A DNA stretch of 64,000 bases. Origin: an uncultured Verrucomicrobiae bacterium. GTDB lineage: Bacteria > Verrucomicrobiota > Verrucomicrobiia > Chthoniobacterales > UBA10450. The position numbers and the translations under genes were made by a program. The notes beneath the pieces were generated by a model. That model was not told the DNA's origin, did no database searches, and worked only from the letters and a program-made list of their open reading frames with translations. This document shows positions 47,629 through 58,931 of the stretch, one piece after another (positions within the stretch are counted from its first letter, which is position 1; every line of letters begins with the position of its first letter). The DNA is taken from contig CAVWPA010000003.1 in the NCBI GenBank assembly GCA_963756875.1, forward strand, positions 1,344,001 through 1,408,000. The letters are read 5' to 3'.

Positions 47629-48276
47629 TTACTTTTTCTTCTTGTGTGGAGTCGGTGTCGTGGGCGGCGGAGTTAATGGGGCCGTCGGGAGCTGATTCGC
47701 AGCTTTGACTGCCTTTGCCAGCAGCAGGCGCTGCTGGCGCGCTTTGGCCTCGGCATTGTTCGGGTCCAGCTTGAGAACTTTGGTGCAATCAGCCATCGCC
47801 TTTGGGATGTCCTTTTTAACCTCGTAAATGTAACTGCGCCTGAGGTAGTGACCGACTTCATTCGGTTTGAGCTTGATCAGTTTCGTATAATCTTTCAGCG
47901 CCGAGTCGTAGTCTTCCATCATCATCTCGGCATAGGCGCGTCCCTCGTAAATGCTGGAGTTGCCGGGAGTCACGTCGAGCGCGCTAGAGTAGTCTTCGAT
48001 TGCCTGCTTGTATTTGTGCTCGCTGGAGGACGCGAAGGCGCGCTGCTGCAGGGCCACCGAAAGATTGGGCGCATATTTGTGGTCCATCTCTGTCGCCTTG
48101 CGAAATAGTTCGACCGCCTTATCGAAGTTTTTGCTTTTCAGCGCGTCGGCGCCTTCCAGCGCGGTTTTATTCGCTTCCGTGCGTGCCTTGCCCTTGCTGT
48201 GGGACTTCGCGTAGTTCGATTGCGGAAATGTCAGCGCAAACGCGCCAATCAGACAGAGCAAAAATGTTCTTTTCAT
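47629..48276 (-). CDS. Secreted TPR-repeat protein
   Basis: Signal peptide; repeated A..DY..AL...P.N TPR pattern. Confidence 0.85.
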   Translation of the reverse strand: MKRTFLLCLIGAFALTFPQSNYAKSHSKGKARTEANKTALEGADALKSKNFDKAVELFRKATEMDHKYAPNLSVALQQRAFASSSEHKYKQAIEDYSSALDVTPGNSSIYEGRAYAEMMMEDYDSALKDYTKLIKLKPNEVGHYLRRSYIYEVKKDIPKAMADCTKVLKLDPNNAEAKARQQRLLLAKAVKAANQLPTAPLTPPPTTPTPHKKKK

Positions 48277-48355
48277 AATGTGGTTTGACGGTGGATTTAA
48301 TAAATAATTCGCCGCTAACGCCAGCAATAGTTAGTTCACAAAAAAGCAGCGGCCG

Positions 48356-49204
48356 TCACGACTCATCCACTGGCGCCTGTTCGGCGTCAAGCGGCGTATT
48401 TCGTTCCGGCGGTGTTTGCGTTTGCCCGGGCTCATCGACGCGCGTAATCCGCACGGCGCGGCCATTCGTTTCGTCAATCTCGATCACGGCGCCGTGCAAT
48501 CGAGCCTCGCCGGCGGCGACCGGGAACGAAGCCGGCAGATTCGAAATAAAACGGCTCATGATTGGTTCGATGGCGCGGCCAAGGATCGAATGGACTGGGC
48601 CGCACATGCCCGCGTCGCAGAGGAAAGCAGTGCCTCCGGGGAAGATTTGTTCGTCCGCTGTCTGCACGTGAGTATGGGTTCCAATCACGGCGGAGACTTT
48701 CCCATCGAGAAAACGACCGATCGCGATCTTCTCGCTCGTTGTTTCGCCGTGAACGTCAACAATAATGATTCCGGTGTCTTCGCGCATTTTCGCCACGGCC
48801 GATTCCAGGGCGCGGAACGGGTTTTCCAAAATCGGCTGCATAAATGTGCGGCATTGCACGTTGATCACCCCGACTCGCCCCTTGGTCGTTTCCAGCACGA
48901 TCGACCCGTTGCCCGGCGCGCCCGGTGGATAATTGATCGGCCGCAGCAGGCGCGGCTCGGAATCGATAAACCCCAAAATTTCCTTCTGGTCCCAAATATG
49001 GTCGCCGGTCGTAATGACGGAAATCCCGGCCCGCAAAAGGTCGATCGTGATCTTGCCGGTGATGCCGCGTCCTCCAGCTGCATTTTCGCCGTTCACGATT
49101 GTGAAATCGATCCCGTATTGTTGTTTGAGCTCCGGCAGTCGCGAAATCACCGCGCTGCGACCCGGCTCGCCAACGATGTCGCCCAAAAAAAGTATCGTTA
49201 GCAT
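48356..49204 (-). CDS. ymdB: YmdB/TIGR00282 metallophosphoesterase
   Basis: [46 protein letters not shown]. Confidence 0.92.
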   Translation of the reverse strand: MLTILFLGDIVGEPGRSAVISRLPELKQQYGIDFTIVNGENAAGGRGITGKITIDLLRAGISVITTGDHIWDQKEILGFIDSEPRLLRPINYPPGAPGNGSIVLETTKGRVGVINVQCRTFMQPILENPFRALESAVAKMREDTGIIIVDVHGETTSEKIAIGRFLDGKVSAVIGTHTHVQTADEQIFPGGTAFLCDAGMCGPVHSILGRAIEPIMSRFISNLPASFPVAAGEARLHGAVIEIDETNGRAVRITRVDEPGQTQTPPERNTPLDAEQAPVDES

Positions 49205-49284
49205 TTCGTGAGCATCGTATTAAAAAGACGGGAATCCAAGAGGGGATGTATCGTTTCATACGATGGGCAATCGTTTGGTTCACG

Positions 49285-49449
49285 GCGGCGACCGCGAGCG
49301 GAGCGAGCACGGGCGAGCACGAAGCCTGGGAATTGCGCGACGGCGACAAAGGCGCTGCCGGCCAGATTCACCTCCACTTCCACCGTCGGGTTGCCGCGCG
49401 AATCGAGAATCTCGCGTGCGTGAATTTTGCTGATGCTGGTCGCCGACAT
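49285..49449 (-). pseudogene. eno: Scrambled enolase 5-prime fragment
   Basis: Minus strand [19 protein letters not shown]; the next motif [18 protein letters not shown] is on the plus strand at ~49290-49350. Confidence 0.85.
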
Positions 49450-49514
49450 TTCGTTAGGGACTTCAGCCGCTTTTCGCCGCGGCGCAACCGCTCTTTCGCC
49501 CTGCCAGCCGGGAG

Positions 49515-52265
49515 TCAGCTCGCCTTTTTCCGCCGATAGAGAGAAGGATCGACCGCTGTTATCATTTTCTCCGGCGTCGGCAGCCGCTCAGGGCCGAGAA
49601 ATTCCACGAGTTGATTAACGACTGACGATGGATCGGAAATGAGCGTCGGATAATCGACTTCGAGCATCTCGATATTCTCGCTTGTCTTCAGGCGTTTGCG
49701 GGTCTCGTCGCGATGCGCGGCCATGCCGCGTTCCATCTGTTTGCGATCGAGCTCGCCGCCTTTTGTCCCGAGACGCGTGGTCATTTTCTCCTGCGACGCG
49801 ATCACTTCTTCGATCGGACGGGTCATGAAGATGACTTTGTAGTGATGAAATTGAGGCATCTTCGGGAGCAGCATCGAAATGCATTTTATCGCTTTGCCTT
49901 CGACCGCCGGATCGTCAAGCAGTTCGGGCTCCTTCCCGATACGCTTGATTGCTTCCCATTCGAAGTAGCCGCGCGGGTTGTCGATGTCGGCTTCGCGCTC
50001 GTTGTCGGTCATCGGCGGCAAACCACCAGCCGCGAGCATCTGCATCATGAGGGAGGTGCCGGAACGCGGCAGGCCGGAGACGAGGACAAAAGTTTTCCCG
50101 GAATCTTCCCGCGGCGGCTTCGGGTCGGGTCGCTCTTTCAAGAGTGTCGCGGTCCTTTCCTCTTGCGGCGGGATTTTTGGCAAATCGAAAAGCTTGTCGC
50201 GCTTTTCATCCGACTTTTCATGGCGAGGCCGACGCGAGCGGCTGAGCCGAACTACTTCCTGCCGGTGGAGTTGCACCTTCCCGGCATCGCCGCCATCCGC
50301 TTTGTGCAACATCGCCAGATAGCGATGTGCGTTGAGGAAGTCTGGATTGAAACGAAGCGCGGTCTCGAACGCGACGATGGCGCGCTCAGTCTCGCCCGAT
50401 CGCGCCATCGCGACGCCGAGATTGAAATGAGCGAGCGGCAAGCGATGAAGAAGACTGACCGCTTGGAGGGCGTTGTCGGCCGTCTCCTGGTTTTGTCCAA
50501 AACGGCGATAGACCGTGGAAAGCCCCTGATAGGCAAGCGCATTGTCGCTATCGAGGGCGATCACTTTTTCATACTCCTCCTTCGCCGCCGGCCAGCGGTG
50601 CAAACGCACATAAGTATCGGCCAATTGCCCGTGCACGGCGGGGATGTCGGGATTGACCTTTCCCGCTGCGAGCAAATGTTTCAGCCCCGCCTCGGGTTCG
50701 CCGAGCGCCAGTTTCACACGACCCATGAGGAGGAGGGCGCCGATGTTAGTTGTCTTCTCGAAATCGTAGGCGGTCGCAAGCAGACGTTCCGCCTGTGCAA
50801 GATAGCCTGCCTGGAAATAGGCGTTCGCTAATTGCATGATGAATCGATCCTCCCACGGATGTCGCGCCGTGATTTCGGCCAACAACGGCAGCGCCTGATC
50901 GGGGCGATTCTTCCAAAGGTAGGTGCGGGAAATGTTATATTTGCTCTCGATCTCCGCCGATTGCTGCTGCTTCTCTTTGTCCGCGCCGGGGTCTTCGATA
51001 TATCCGAGAGCCGCGAACTGCTGCATCAATTCCTGGGCCTGCTGGCGATCCATCTGCTTGCCCTCTGGGTGCAGGCCGCTGTCGCCTTCGATCTTCTCCC
51101 AGCTGCGCACCGTCTTCACTGGCGGCGGATTTTCGAAGACTTCGAGCAGCGGCCGCCCATCCATGTCTTCGCCAACAGGCACATCGAGCAGCGTCAAAAT
51201 TGTCGGAGTAATATCGATCAGGCTCGCGCCGTAAATGCGTTCGTCCTTTTTGATGCCAGGCCCGGCGATCACGAAGATGCCATATTGGCGGTGCCAGATC
51301 GCCGGGCCCGCCGGTTCGCGAGGCACTCCGCGAGGACGTTGCGAGCCGGATTCAAAACCGTGGTCCGAGCAGAGGATCACGGTTGTCTCGGGTCCCGCGA
51401 GCTGGATCAGCCGATCGAGCATCATGTCATGGAAGCGATAGGCGCCTTTGACCACGTCCTTGTAAAGGTCGAATTGCTCTTGCTCGATCCACGGCAACTT
51501 AGGCGGATGATAAGGCATGAAGGCGTGGGAGAAATGATCGATCCCATCGAAATAAACCGCGGTGAAATCCCACGGTTCAGTCGCCATGAGCGTCGTTGCC
51601 ACCGCTTGAATCGTGGCGTTATCGCTCAAGACCTTGGCAAACGAATCGAGTTTCTTATCCTTCTTTTGATCGATCTTCGCCGCGTCGGGAATGAAAGGCA
51701 GTATGTGTGCCTCCGTCAGCTCCGTCGGGAAAACCTTGAACCGCGCCAGCAAGTGAGCCTTCTCTTCAGGATGCACTGTGCCTGGCGGGATGGACCATCC
51801 CTTTTCCGGGCTAAACTTCACGCCGCCGAAGGCGTTCGTCACCACCGTGCCGTTGATCGGCTCGGCGGGATGGCTGGCCCACCACCCGACGATGTTGCTA
51901 CGCAACCCTGATTGCGAAAGAATATTCCAGATCGCTTTGCATTTGCGCGACGTGCTCGCGTAAGGGCGCGCGCCGCCGTTGATTGGGTCCGGCTCGATGA
52001 AACCGTGGATGCCGTGTTTGTCTGGGAATTTTCCGGTGGCGATCGAATTCCAGAGCATGGGCGAAAGGATCGGCTGGAGAGTGGCCAGATTTCCCATCAC
52101 GCCCCGATTGATCAAGCCATCGAGCGTGGGCATGAGTCCTTCCTCGAGCAGCGGAGTGATGTGCTCCCAATCCGCCGCGTCCCAGCCGACGAGCAACACC
52201 TTGCGTTGCTTTTTATTTTCTTCCCTGATCCGGAAAGAGTTAGCAGGTTTCGCGCTGATCGGCAA
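49515..52265 (-). CDS. Fusion: alkaline-phosphatase-superfamily domain + TPR repeats + P-loop sulfotransferase domain
   Basis: [36 protein letters not shown]...G; TPRs; [31 protein letters not shown]...SQ. Confidence 0.85.
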   Translation of the reverse strand: MPISAKPANSFRIREENKKQRKVLLVGWDAADWEHITPLLEEGLMPTLDGLINRGVMGNLATLQPILSPMLWNSIATGKFPDKHGIHGFIEPDPINGGARPYASTSRKCKAIWNILSQSGLRSNIVGWWASHPAEPINGTVVTNAFGGVKFSPEKGWSIPPGTVHPEEKAHLLARFKVFPTELTEAHILPFIPDAAKIDQKKDKKLDSFAKVLSDNATIQAVATTLMATEPWDFTAVYFDGIDHFSHAFMPYHPPKLPWIEQEQFDLYKDVVKGAYRFHDMMLDRLIQLAGPETTVILCSDHGFESGSQRPRGVPREPAGPAIWHRQYGIFVIAGPGIKKDERIYGASLIDITPTILTLLDVPVGEDMDGRPLLEVFENPPPVKTVRSWEKIEGDSGLHPEGKQMDRQQAQELMQQFAALGYIEDPGADKEKQQQSAEIESKYNISRTYLWKNRPDQALPLLAEITARHPWEDRFIMQLANAYFQAGYLAQAERLLATAYDFEKTTNIGALLLMGRVKLALGEPEAGLKHLLAAGKVNPDIPAVHGQLADTYVRLHRWPAAKEEYEKVIALDSDNALAYQGLSTVYRRFGQNQETADNALQAVSLLHRLPLAHFNLGVAMARSGETERAIVAFETALRFNPDFLNAHRYLAMLHKADGGDAGKVQLHRQEVVRLSRSRRPRHEKSDEKRDKLFDLPKIPPQEERTATLLKERPDPKPPREDSGKTFVLVSGLPRSGTSLMMQMLAAGGLPPMTDNEREADIDNPRGYFEWEAIKRIGKEPELLDDPAVEGKAIKCISMLLPKMPQFHHYKVIFMTRPIEEVIASQEKMTTRLGTKGGELDRKQMERGMAAHRDETRKRLKTSENIEMLEVDYPTLISDPSSVVNQLVEFLGPERLPTPEKMITAVDPSLYRRKKAS

Positions 52266-52277
52266 AAGGGTTGCGAA

Positions 52278-52316
52278 AAAAGAAAACGCGGAGGAATTTC
52301 CTCCGCGTTTTCTTTT
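52278..52316. terminator. Strong hairpin/terminator between the PEP-CTERM gene and the fusion enzyme
   Basis: AAAAGAAAACGCGGAGGA-ATT-TCCTCCGCGTTTTCTTTT perfect IR. Confidence 0.85.
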
Positions 52317-52340
52317 AAGACTTTGCTATTTGAACGTTAG

Positions 52341-53038
52341 TTAGGCAGCCATCGCATTGCTGCGGCGCTTGCGCCAGGCGACAAGACCCGCTCCACCAAG
52401 GGCGAGCAGAGCAAGCGAGCCGGGTTCGGGAACGTCGTGCTGTCCCGCATTGATCATATCCCCGACGTCGCCGTAGGCGTAGTCGACCAGGGTGAAGGTA
52501 TTCCCTGGAGAGCCGTCCATGGTGACGCGAGCCCAGCCGTATTCGGTTCCTGAACCACCATCGAAGCGGAACCCGATAAAGCCCGTGCCGGGAGCAAGCC
52601 ATTGGCTGTTGGCGTAGCCATAAGCAAAAGCGAGCGTTCCAACCGGATACGTGGCGCCGAAATTTGCGCCATTGATATTTGCTCCAGAAGCAAGCTTGGA
52701 AACATACGCGAAATGCCTGCAGAACCGCCTGCAGAAAAGCCAGCGAAGGCACCCGTCGCAGCACCGAAGATGCCGAACCTGGCGATTCCAATCCCGCTGA
52801 AGTGGCTGGTCTGCGCGAGGCCGAAACTGTTGCCCGGTGCGAGGTTAAAGTAAGAAACGACCTGGCTGCTGGATGCAGCATCGAAATGCTGGTTGATGAG
52901 CCCGGAGTAATGGACGTCTGCTTCAGCCGTGGCCGCTGCACCGACGGCAGTAGCGGCACCAGCAGTCGCATAGCCAACCCAGCGGGACGATTTGACAAAG
53001 GCGGATTTTCGCCTGGCGCGAATGAACTTGGTGTTCAC
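52341..53038 (-). CDS. PEP-CTERM surface protein, frameshifted (~52715 and possibly ~52440)
   Basis: Leader [75 protein letters not shown]. Confidence 0.8.
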
Positions 53039-53108
53039 GGCGGCGAGGATTGCCGATTCTCGTGTCAAAAGTCAATAATAAAATTACGAAATGGTATACT
53101 TGCTAAGC

Positions 53109-53195
53109 TAAGACTTTGCTATTTGAACGTTAGTTAGGCAGCCATCGCATTGCTGCGGCGCTTGCGCCAGGCGACAAGACCCGCTCCACCAAGGG
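53109..53195 (-). repeat. Exact duplicate of the PEP-CTERM gene 3-prime end (52317-52403)
   Basis: Same sequence TAAGACTTTGCTATTTGAACG...CCACCAAGGGC. Confidence 0.9.
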
Positions 53196-53197
53196 CC

Positions 53198-53382
53198 GCA
53201 TTTTCGCCGTTCACGATTGTGAAATCGATCCCGTATTGTTGTTTGAGCTCCGGCAGTCGCGAAATCACCGCGCTGCGGTCCGGCTCGCCAACGATATCGC
53301 CCAAAAAGTATCGTTAGCATTTCGTGAGCATCGTATTAAAAAGACGGGAATCCAAGAGGGGATGTATCGTTTCATACGATGG
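53198..53382. repeat. Near-exact duplicate of 49080-49266 (ymdB 5-prime end and divergent promoter)
   Basis: Same sequence apart from a few substitutions and a homopolymer length difference. Confidence 0.9.
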
Positions 53383-54654
53383 CGGAGGCAAATTATTCTG
53401 GCCGCGCTCTGTGGCTTCCTTTTGGCTCTGCCTTGCGCTTCGGCGGCCATCATCAGCCCGCTCGGCTGGCGTCCGCACTGGGGTGTTCTCGAAAAATATA
53501 AGGAAACCATCACACACGATGAGTTCGTTCATTTGCTTCAGGATGTCTATTGCACGCACGGAATTCCGGACGGCATGATCCAGGTTGGGCCGGATTCTGT
53601 GCGGATTCTCCGGGACAAAGAGAAACAAACCTTTTTAACTTTGCGTTTTGCGCAAGACAACGCCTCACGCAAGCGGGTCCCTCGATGGTGGCATCCGGCG
53701 AGCGCACTCTCGCCCGCCAGGGCCAGCCGGCCGCTTTCCGGCGTCCAGATAGCGCTCGACCCGGGACATCTCGGCGGAAAATGGGCGAAGATGGAAGAGC
53801 GCTGGTTTCAGGTGGACGATTCCAAACCGGTGAAGGAAGGCGACATGACTCTGCGCGTGGCGCGACTGCTCGCGCCGCGCCTGCGAAAACTGGGCGCCTC
53901 CGTCTCGTTCGTTCGTAACCGGACTCAACCTGTCACGCCAAAAAGACCGGACGACTTTGTCGATCTCGCGAGGAAGATATTGAATGGGGCGATACCGGGC
54001 GAGGGTGAGTGGCACGAAGATTATGAAAAGCTGACTCATGCGGAGAAAAGAAAAAGCGTTCGCCACGAAAGCGAGCTTCTCTTCTATCGCCGCAGCGAAA
54101 TCCGCCATCGCGCTCTGCGCGTGAACGGGAAATTGGAACCGGACCTCGTACTCTGTTTGCACTTCAATGCCGAGATGTGGGGCGATCCGAAAGATCCAAC
54201 TCTGGTCGATCAGGACCATCTGCATCTGCTCGTCAACGGTTCGTATCTTGAATCGGAGCTGGAATTCGACGACCAGCGTTTTGAGATGTTGCGCAAGCTT
54301 CTGAGCCGCAGCTATGACGAAGCATTACCGATCGCCGACAAATGCGCCGAGGTCATGGCGACGGAAACGCAACTGCCACCGTATCAGTATCCGACGGCGC
54401 AAACGGCAACCAAAGTTGGAACGAGCGGTTATGTTTACGCGAGGAATTTGCTCGCCACTCGATTGTATCGATGCCCTGTGGTTTATTTCGAGCCTTACGT
54501 GATGAACAGTAAGGAGGCGTTCGCCCGGATCCAGGCCGGGGATTACGAAGGGGAGCGGGAAATCAACGGAGCCGAACGCAAAAGCATTTTCCGCGAATAC
54601 GCCGACAGCGTCGCGGAAGGGCTGGCGGACTATTACTCAAACGCTCGAAAATAA
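53362..54654 (+). CDS. Secreted N-acetylmuramoyl-L-alanine amidase-like protein
   Basis: IALDPGHLGG, EGD..L.VA, LCLHFNA, VVYFEP zinc-amidase pattern; signal peptide. Confidence 0.7.
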   Translation: MYRFIRWRRQIILAALCGFLLALPCASAAIISPLGWRPHWGVLEKYKETITHDEFVHLLQDVYCTHGIPDGMIQVGPDSVRILRDKEKQTFLTLRFAQDNASRKRVPRWWHPASALSPARASRPLSGVQIALDPGHLGGKWAKMEERWFQVDDSKPVKEGDMTLRVARLLAPRLRKLGASVSFVRNRTQPVTPKRPDDFVDLARKILNGAIPGEGEWHEDYEKLTHAEKRKSVRHESELLFYRRSEIRHRALRVNGKLEPDLVLCLHFNAEMWGDPKDPTLVDQDHLHLLVNGSYLESELEFDDQRFEMLRKLLSRSYDEALPIADKCAEVMATETQLPPYQYPTAQTATKVGTSGYVYARNLLATRLYRCPVVYFEPYVMNSKEAFARIQAGDYEGEREINGAERKSIFREYADSVAEGLADYYSNARK

Positions 54655-54655
54655 A

Positions 54656-54818
54656 TTGTAGGGCAACCGCTCCGGTTGCCGATTCGGAAACGGCAGGCGA
54701 TGCGCCTGCCCTACAAATTGGTCGAAAGGCAACGATCTCAATCACGTGCTTCTTCTGTAGCGGCGGTCTATGACCGTCGCTCGAATAATAATGCGGCGCT
54801 CATAGAGCGCCGCTACAG
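54656..54818. repeat. Two REP doublets between convergent genes
   Basis: TTGTAGGGC...GCCCTACAA (54656-54716) and CTGTAGCGGCG...CGCCGCTACAG (54755-54818). Confidence 0.8.
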
Positions 54819-55892
54819 CTGCTCAACCGCTTCGCGAATATCGTCCATCATCACATCATCCGATACGTATGCGGAGCCGATGCTCTGCGTAAGAACGAAA
54901 CGGATTTGACCCGCCTGGAACTTTTTGTCGAAGCGAAGAGCAGCGAGGATTTCGTCACGCGGAAAACCCACCCGTAACATTGTTGGCAGTTCGAATTGGC
55001 GCAAAAGATCGATGATTGCGTCGCATTGTTCGCCCGGCAGACCCGCTTTCTTGACTGAGATCGCGCAGGCGGCAACCATCCCAAGGCTGATCGCTTCGCC
55101 GTGCAGAAACTCGCGGTAGCCGCCCGCGCGCTCGATTCCATGGCCAATTGTGTGACCGAAATTGAGCAGCGCGCGTTGACCGGTTTCGTCGAGTTCGTCC
55201 CCGGCGACGAAGCGCGATTTGATTTCGATATTGCGGCGGATCAATGATTGCAGCGCCGGCGCGTCGTCCTGGATCTGCTGCGTTGCCTGGAGTTGCGCAA
55301 ACATCTCCGGATCGGCGATGATGGCGTGCTTGATGATTTCCGCGAATCCCTGCTTGAACTCGCGGTCCGGCAGCGTTTTCAGAAGATCGACGTCGTCGAT
55401 CACGAGCGACGGATTGTGAACGGCGCCGATCAGGTTTTTTCCATCGCGCGTGTTTACGCCGGTTTTTCCACCGATTGAACTGTCCACCATTGCCAGAAGT
55501 GTTGTCGGAATCTGGACGTGCGGAATGCCGCGCTGAAAAATGGCGGCCACGAACCCCGAAATATCGCCGATCACACCGCCGCCAAGTCCGATCACAAATG
55601 ATTGCCGATCCAGGCCGTGCTCGATCATGGCGTCGCAAACGGTGCCGGCTTGCTCGAGCATCTTCGATTCCTCGCCGGCTGGAATCACGATCTCGATTGG
55701 GGCGAACCCCGCCGAGATCAAGCTTTCGCTGACTCGATCGATGAAAAGCGGCGCAACATTTGCATCGGAGATGACCGCGCAGCGGCCGGGATTGAAGATT
55801 TGCCCGATCTGAGCACCGATTTCGGCCACCAGATTCGGACCAACGATTGCGTCGTAGCAAAAAGTGCTCCTGTGGTCTGCGAGGTTGGTCAC
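54813..55892 (-). CDS. aroB: 3-dehydroquinate synthase (start uncertain)
   Basis: GEESK, GGGVIGD, PTTLLAMVDSSIGGKTGVN, LNFGHTIGH, LHGEA. Confidence 0.95.
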   Translation of the reverse strand: MTNLADHRSTFCYDAIVGPNLVAEIGAQIGQIFNPGRCAVISDANVAPLFIDRVSESLISAGFAPIEIVIPAGEESKMLEQAGTVCDAMIEHGLDRQSFVIGLGGGVIGDISGFVAAIFQRGIPHVQIPTTLLAMVDSSIGGKTGVNTRDGKNLIGAVHNPSLVIDDVDLLKTLPDREFKQGFAEIIKHAIIADPEMFAQLQATQQIQDDAPALQSLIRRNIEIKSRFVAGDELDETGQRALLNFGHTIGHGIERAGGYREFLHGEAISLGMVAACAISVKKAGLPGEQCDAIIDLLRQFELPTMLRVGFPRDEILAALRFDKKFQAGQIRFVLTQSIGSAYVSDDVMMDDIREAVEQL

Positions 55893-55902
55893 AACAATGG
55901 TG

Positions 55903-56595
55903 CTAAGGATCCCAACGGTACTTTGCGTCGGGGTCGTTCGCATCATTTTGCGAATCATTGATGAATCGCGTCCACATCATGTTTTCAGTGTGCATGTCCG
56001 CAAAGACCGCGTTGATTCTTGTTCTCCCATTGTTTGTGCCATGAGGAGTTGCGCCCAGGGAGCTGCCGCCCGGCGTGCTCCGCCCTTTATAAACAGTCAC
56101 CCCGGGCGCGCCTTGGGCAGCCGTTCCACTAAAAGCGACCGTAGAACTTTTTCCTTGTGTTTGCGCTGGTGCGAACAAAATAAATGCGGATGGGTTTGTG
56201 ATCTTATCGGCGAGCATTCCCGTGACGCCCGCCGTTCCAATATTTGTATTGCCGTTTAATCCGTAACTGACGGGCGCAGTAGCGTCGCTTTCGGAAGCCG
56301 CTCGTTTGTCGAACGGCGACTGAAACACTTTCCAGCTCGGGAGATATTTCGGGTGCAATTGGGCCATCCAGTTGTCCGCATTCGCATCGGCTGAAAAAAT
56401 CACTCCGTCGTTGTCGTTCATATACATCTGCGTCGCCAGCCCGATCTGGCGCAGATTGTTCATGTCCTGAGTGACACGCGCTTTTTCCAGGGCGGATTGC
56501 GCGGCGACGGAAACCAGCGCAACAAGCGTTGCGATGATGGCGATGACGATGAGCATCTCGATCAACGTAAAGCCGCGCAAAGAATTTTTCTGCAT
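55903..56595 (-). CDS. Prepilin-type N-terminal cleavage/methylation protein (PVC DUF1559-like)
   Basis: [24 protein letters not shown]-terminal NAVFADMH. Confidence 0.85.
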   Translation of the reverse strand: MQKNSLRGFTLIEMLIVIAIIATLVALVSVAAQSALEKARVTQDMNNLRQIGLATQMYMNDNDGVIFSADANADNWMAQLHPKYLPSWKVFQSPFDKRAASESDATAPVSYGLNGNTNIGTAGVTGMLADKITNPSAFILFAPAQTQGKSSTVAFSGTAAQGAPGVTVYKGRSTPGGSSLGATPHGTNNGRTRINAVFADMHTENMMWTRFINDSQNDANDPDAKYRWDP

Positions 56596-56748
56596 CGCTA
56601 AGGAATCTAGCGCAATCATCCCGCCATGCGACAAAAACAAAGGGAGATTCTTGAGCTTGAGCTGCAAGCTGAAGCGTTGCTTTTTTTCTTATTTAGCAGC
56701 CGGGACGGAAATTCGTAGTCGTCCCGAGCACCAGGCGAAACGTCCGCT

Positions 56749-56867
56749 CTGGGGAGCGCACGCGCCTCGCGTGCCCATTTCGGCGCCCTCGCCGAAATGC
56801 CCGGGGGCAAAAGTTTGCGATGGCGTGGGCGCCATCGCCAGCACGCGAGGGCGCATGCGCTCCCCAG
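56749..56867. repeat. Long REP-like palindromic element (GGGxAGCGCACGCG family)
   Basis: CTGGGGAGCGCACGCG...TGCGCTCCCCAG; relatives at 58748-58898 and 59898-60011. Confidence 0.8.
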
Positions 56868-56940
56868 ATGTCAGCAATCGGATAAAAATCGAAGTCCGAG
56901 TTGGCTTGACAAATCGGCCTCCGCTCTTCGTAAATATGGC

Positions 56941-57393
56941 ATGCCTGACCCCGAACCCAGTCAGTCGCCACCGCCACCGCCACCGCCCACTCCTGAACCC
57001 GCACCAGGCAGCGACCCGTCATCGATGGATCTGCCGCCGAACGTGGCCGCGGCCATTGCCTGTGTGCCGCTCGTCGGTGGAATCATCTTTTATATGCTCG
57101 AGAAGCGAAACGGGTTCGTCCGCTTTTATGCCATGCAGTCGATCATTTTCGGCGGTGCCTGGCTTCTTTTTATTATTGTTTCCAACGTGGTCCGCGCGGT
57201 CTTCTACCAAATCCCGGCGATCGGCAATATCCTGGTGTTTTTCTGGTCGATTCTGGCAGCGCTGATTCAGATCGCTTTTATTGTTCTCTGGCTCGTGGCG
57301 ACTGTGAAAGCGTTTACCGGCGCGCGTTGGGAGATTCCCTACGTCGGGCCGGTGGCCCGGAAACAGGTCGAAGGCGAGACACCGCACGTGTAG
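56941..57393 (+). CDS. DUF4870 family membrane protein
   Basis: Pro-rich N-terminus; NVAAAIA, EKRNGFVRFYAMQS, KAFTG.RWEIPYVG. Confidence 0.8.
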   Translation: MPDPEPSQSPPPPPPPTPEPAPGSDPSSMDLPPNVAAAIACVPLVGGIIFYMLEKRNGFVRFYAMQSIIFGGAWLLFIIVSNVVRAVFYQIPAIGNILVFFWSILAALIQIAFIVLWLVATVKAFTGARWEIPYVGPVARKQVEGETPHV

Positions 57394-57568
57394 GCGGTTT
57401 ACAAGGCTTCCGTCGGGGCGGACGTCGGATGAACCAAGCACCAAATCCCAAGAACCAAGCACCAGAGAAATTCCAATCGCCAAACTTCAATCACCAAGTG
57501 GTTCGGACACGTTTTGGAAGTTGTTGATTGAAGCTTCTCTGGGGCTTGGAGGTTGGTGCTTCGGGGTT

Positions 57569-58693
57569 TTATTTCTCCAGCAGTTTCACCACGACCTCCG
57601 TTAAAACCAGTTCGTGGTCGAGTTGCGTGGTGACCAGTTGCAGATTCGCCTGCAAACACCATTCCATGGCGGCGACGAGCCGGTCGACCTCGAAACGATG
57701 CGTATTTTGTGCGGCAATCCCCAGCGCGTAAGCGTTGATCGAGCCGTCCTTCTTGCGCGGTAAATGCTGGGTCGCGGCCGCCGGTAACCGGTTCAGCGTC
57801 GAAGCGAAATGATACGGTGCGTGCGGCCGCGGCAATCGATGCCGGTCCATCAGATCTTTCGCCAGGAGCAGATTGCGAACGGTCGGCAGAATGGCTACGA
57901 GCAGGATACCGATGGCGGTTTCGCCTTGATCGAGCAGCCTTTTGACCAGCACGAGGCCGCGTTTGAGATCGCGTTCCGCCAGCGCGTTGCCCAGTTCGAA
58001 AATGACGCCGGCGCGCGCCAGAGGAACCAGCTCGCGCACCAGTTCGGCGGTCACTTTTCGATCTTCGCCAAGAAAGAGATCGATCTTCTCCAGCTCGTTA
58101 TCGATCTGGCGCGTGTCGCCCCCGGTTAACAGGACGAAAAGTTCGAGCGCATCTTCATCGAACTGCAACTTCCGTTTTTTTACGTGCGCCCGCACGATTT
58201 CCGTTGCTTCCTCTTCCCAGCCGCTCCGGCTCGAATCGAGCTTGTCAAAAACCTGCACCTCGGCACGCTTGGCGAGCGATTTGTAAAACGAACGTCGTTT
58301 GTCCGTTTCCGTCGCGCTCAATAAAAATGTGATCCCGTCCGGAAGATCGAGATCGAGCAGGCCGGACAATTCTTCCAGCGCGGATTGGACGCCGGCCGCG
58401 CGGCCGATCGGGCTGTCGGCGAGAAAATTTGCATTTTTCACCCAGACCAGTTTTGCGCTGCCGAAAAATGGCATTGTTTGCAGGGCCTCGATTGCCGATC
58501 TGATACGCGCTGCGGCCTGCTCGGCGTTATCGGCGGCGCCGTCGATTACTTCCAAACCGAAATCGCCTGCGCCGGGCGGCGTCAACTTTTCGGCCAGTCC
58601 CGCGGCGACACTTTTGACCTGCGATTCGTCGGAGCCGACGACCGCATGGATCTTCTCGATTGTGACGGCAGGCTTAGTCTTCGTCTTCGGCAC
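57569..58693 (-). CDS. holA: DNA polymerase III delta subunit
   Basis: LQTMPFFG..KLV, DKRRSFYK, GGD...NELEKIDL, IFELGNAL. Confidence 0.85.
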   Translation of the reverse strand: MPKTKTKPAVTIEKIHAVVGSDESQVKSVAAGLAEKLTPPGAGDFGLEVIDGAADNAEQAAARIRSAIEALQTMPFFGSAKLVWVKNANFLADSPIGRAAGVQSALEELSGLLDLDLPDGITFLLSATETDKRRSFYKSLAKRAEVQVFDKLDSSRSGWEEEATEIVRAHVKKRKLQFDEDALELFVLLTGGDTRQIDNELEKIDLFLGEDRKVTAELVRELVPLARAGVIFELGNALAERDLKRGLVLVKRLLDQGETAIGILLVAILPTVRNLLLAKDLMDRHRLPRPHAPYHFASTLNRLPAAATQHLPRKKDGSINAYALGIAAQNTHRFEVDRLVAAMEWCLQANLQLVTTQLDHELVLTEVVVKLLEK

Positions 58694-58747
58694 AAGCCGA
58701 GTTTCACGGCAGCCAGGCTGTAGGGCAAGCGCATCGCTTGCCAAATT

Positions 58748-58898
58748 TGGGTAGCGCACGCGTCCCGCGTGCTGGTTTTGGCGTCACGCCGAAACGAACT
58801 TTCCTTCAAGTCAGATTTCCAGCAATGGGAAGCGCCGCAAGCAAAGTTCGCTATCGCGAGAACGCGATCGCCAGCACGCTAGACGCGTGCGCTACCCA
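58748..58898. repeat. REP-like palindromic element
   Basis: TGGGTAGCGCACGCGTC...GACGCGTGCGCTACCCA. Confidence 0.8.
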
Positions 58899-58931
58899 GG
58901 CTTTTCGCCAGAAACACGCGTTGCGCGATTT

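Noticed and set aside
49198..49449. Functional mini-enolase
   Set aside because: Only ~33 codons are collinear; the rest is inverted or belongs to a duplicated flank
49713..51911. Plus-strand ORFs of 372 and 359 aa
   Set aside because: Antisense to the 916 aa fusion gene
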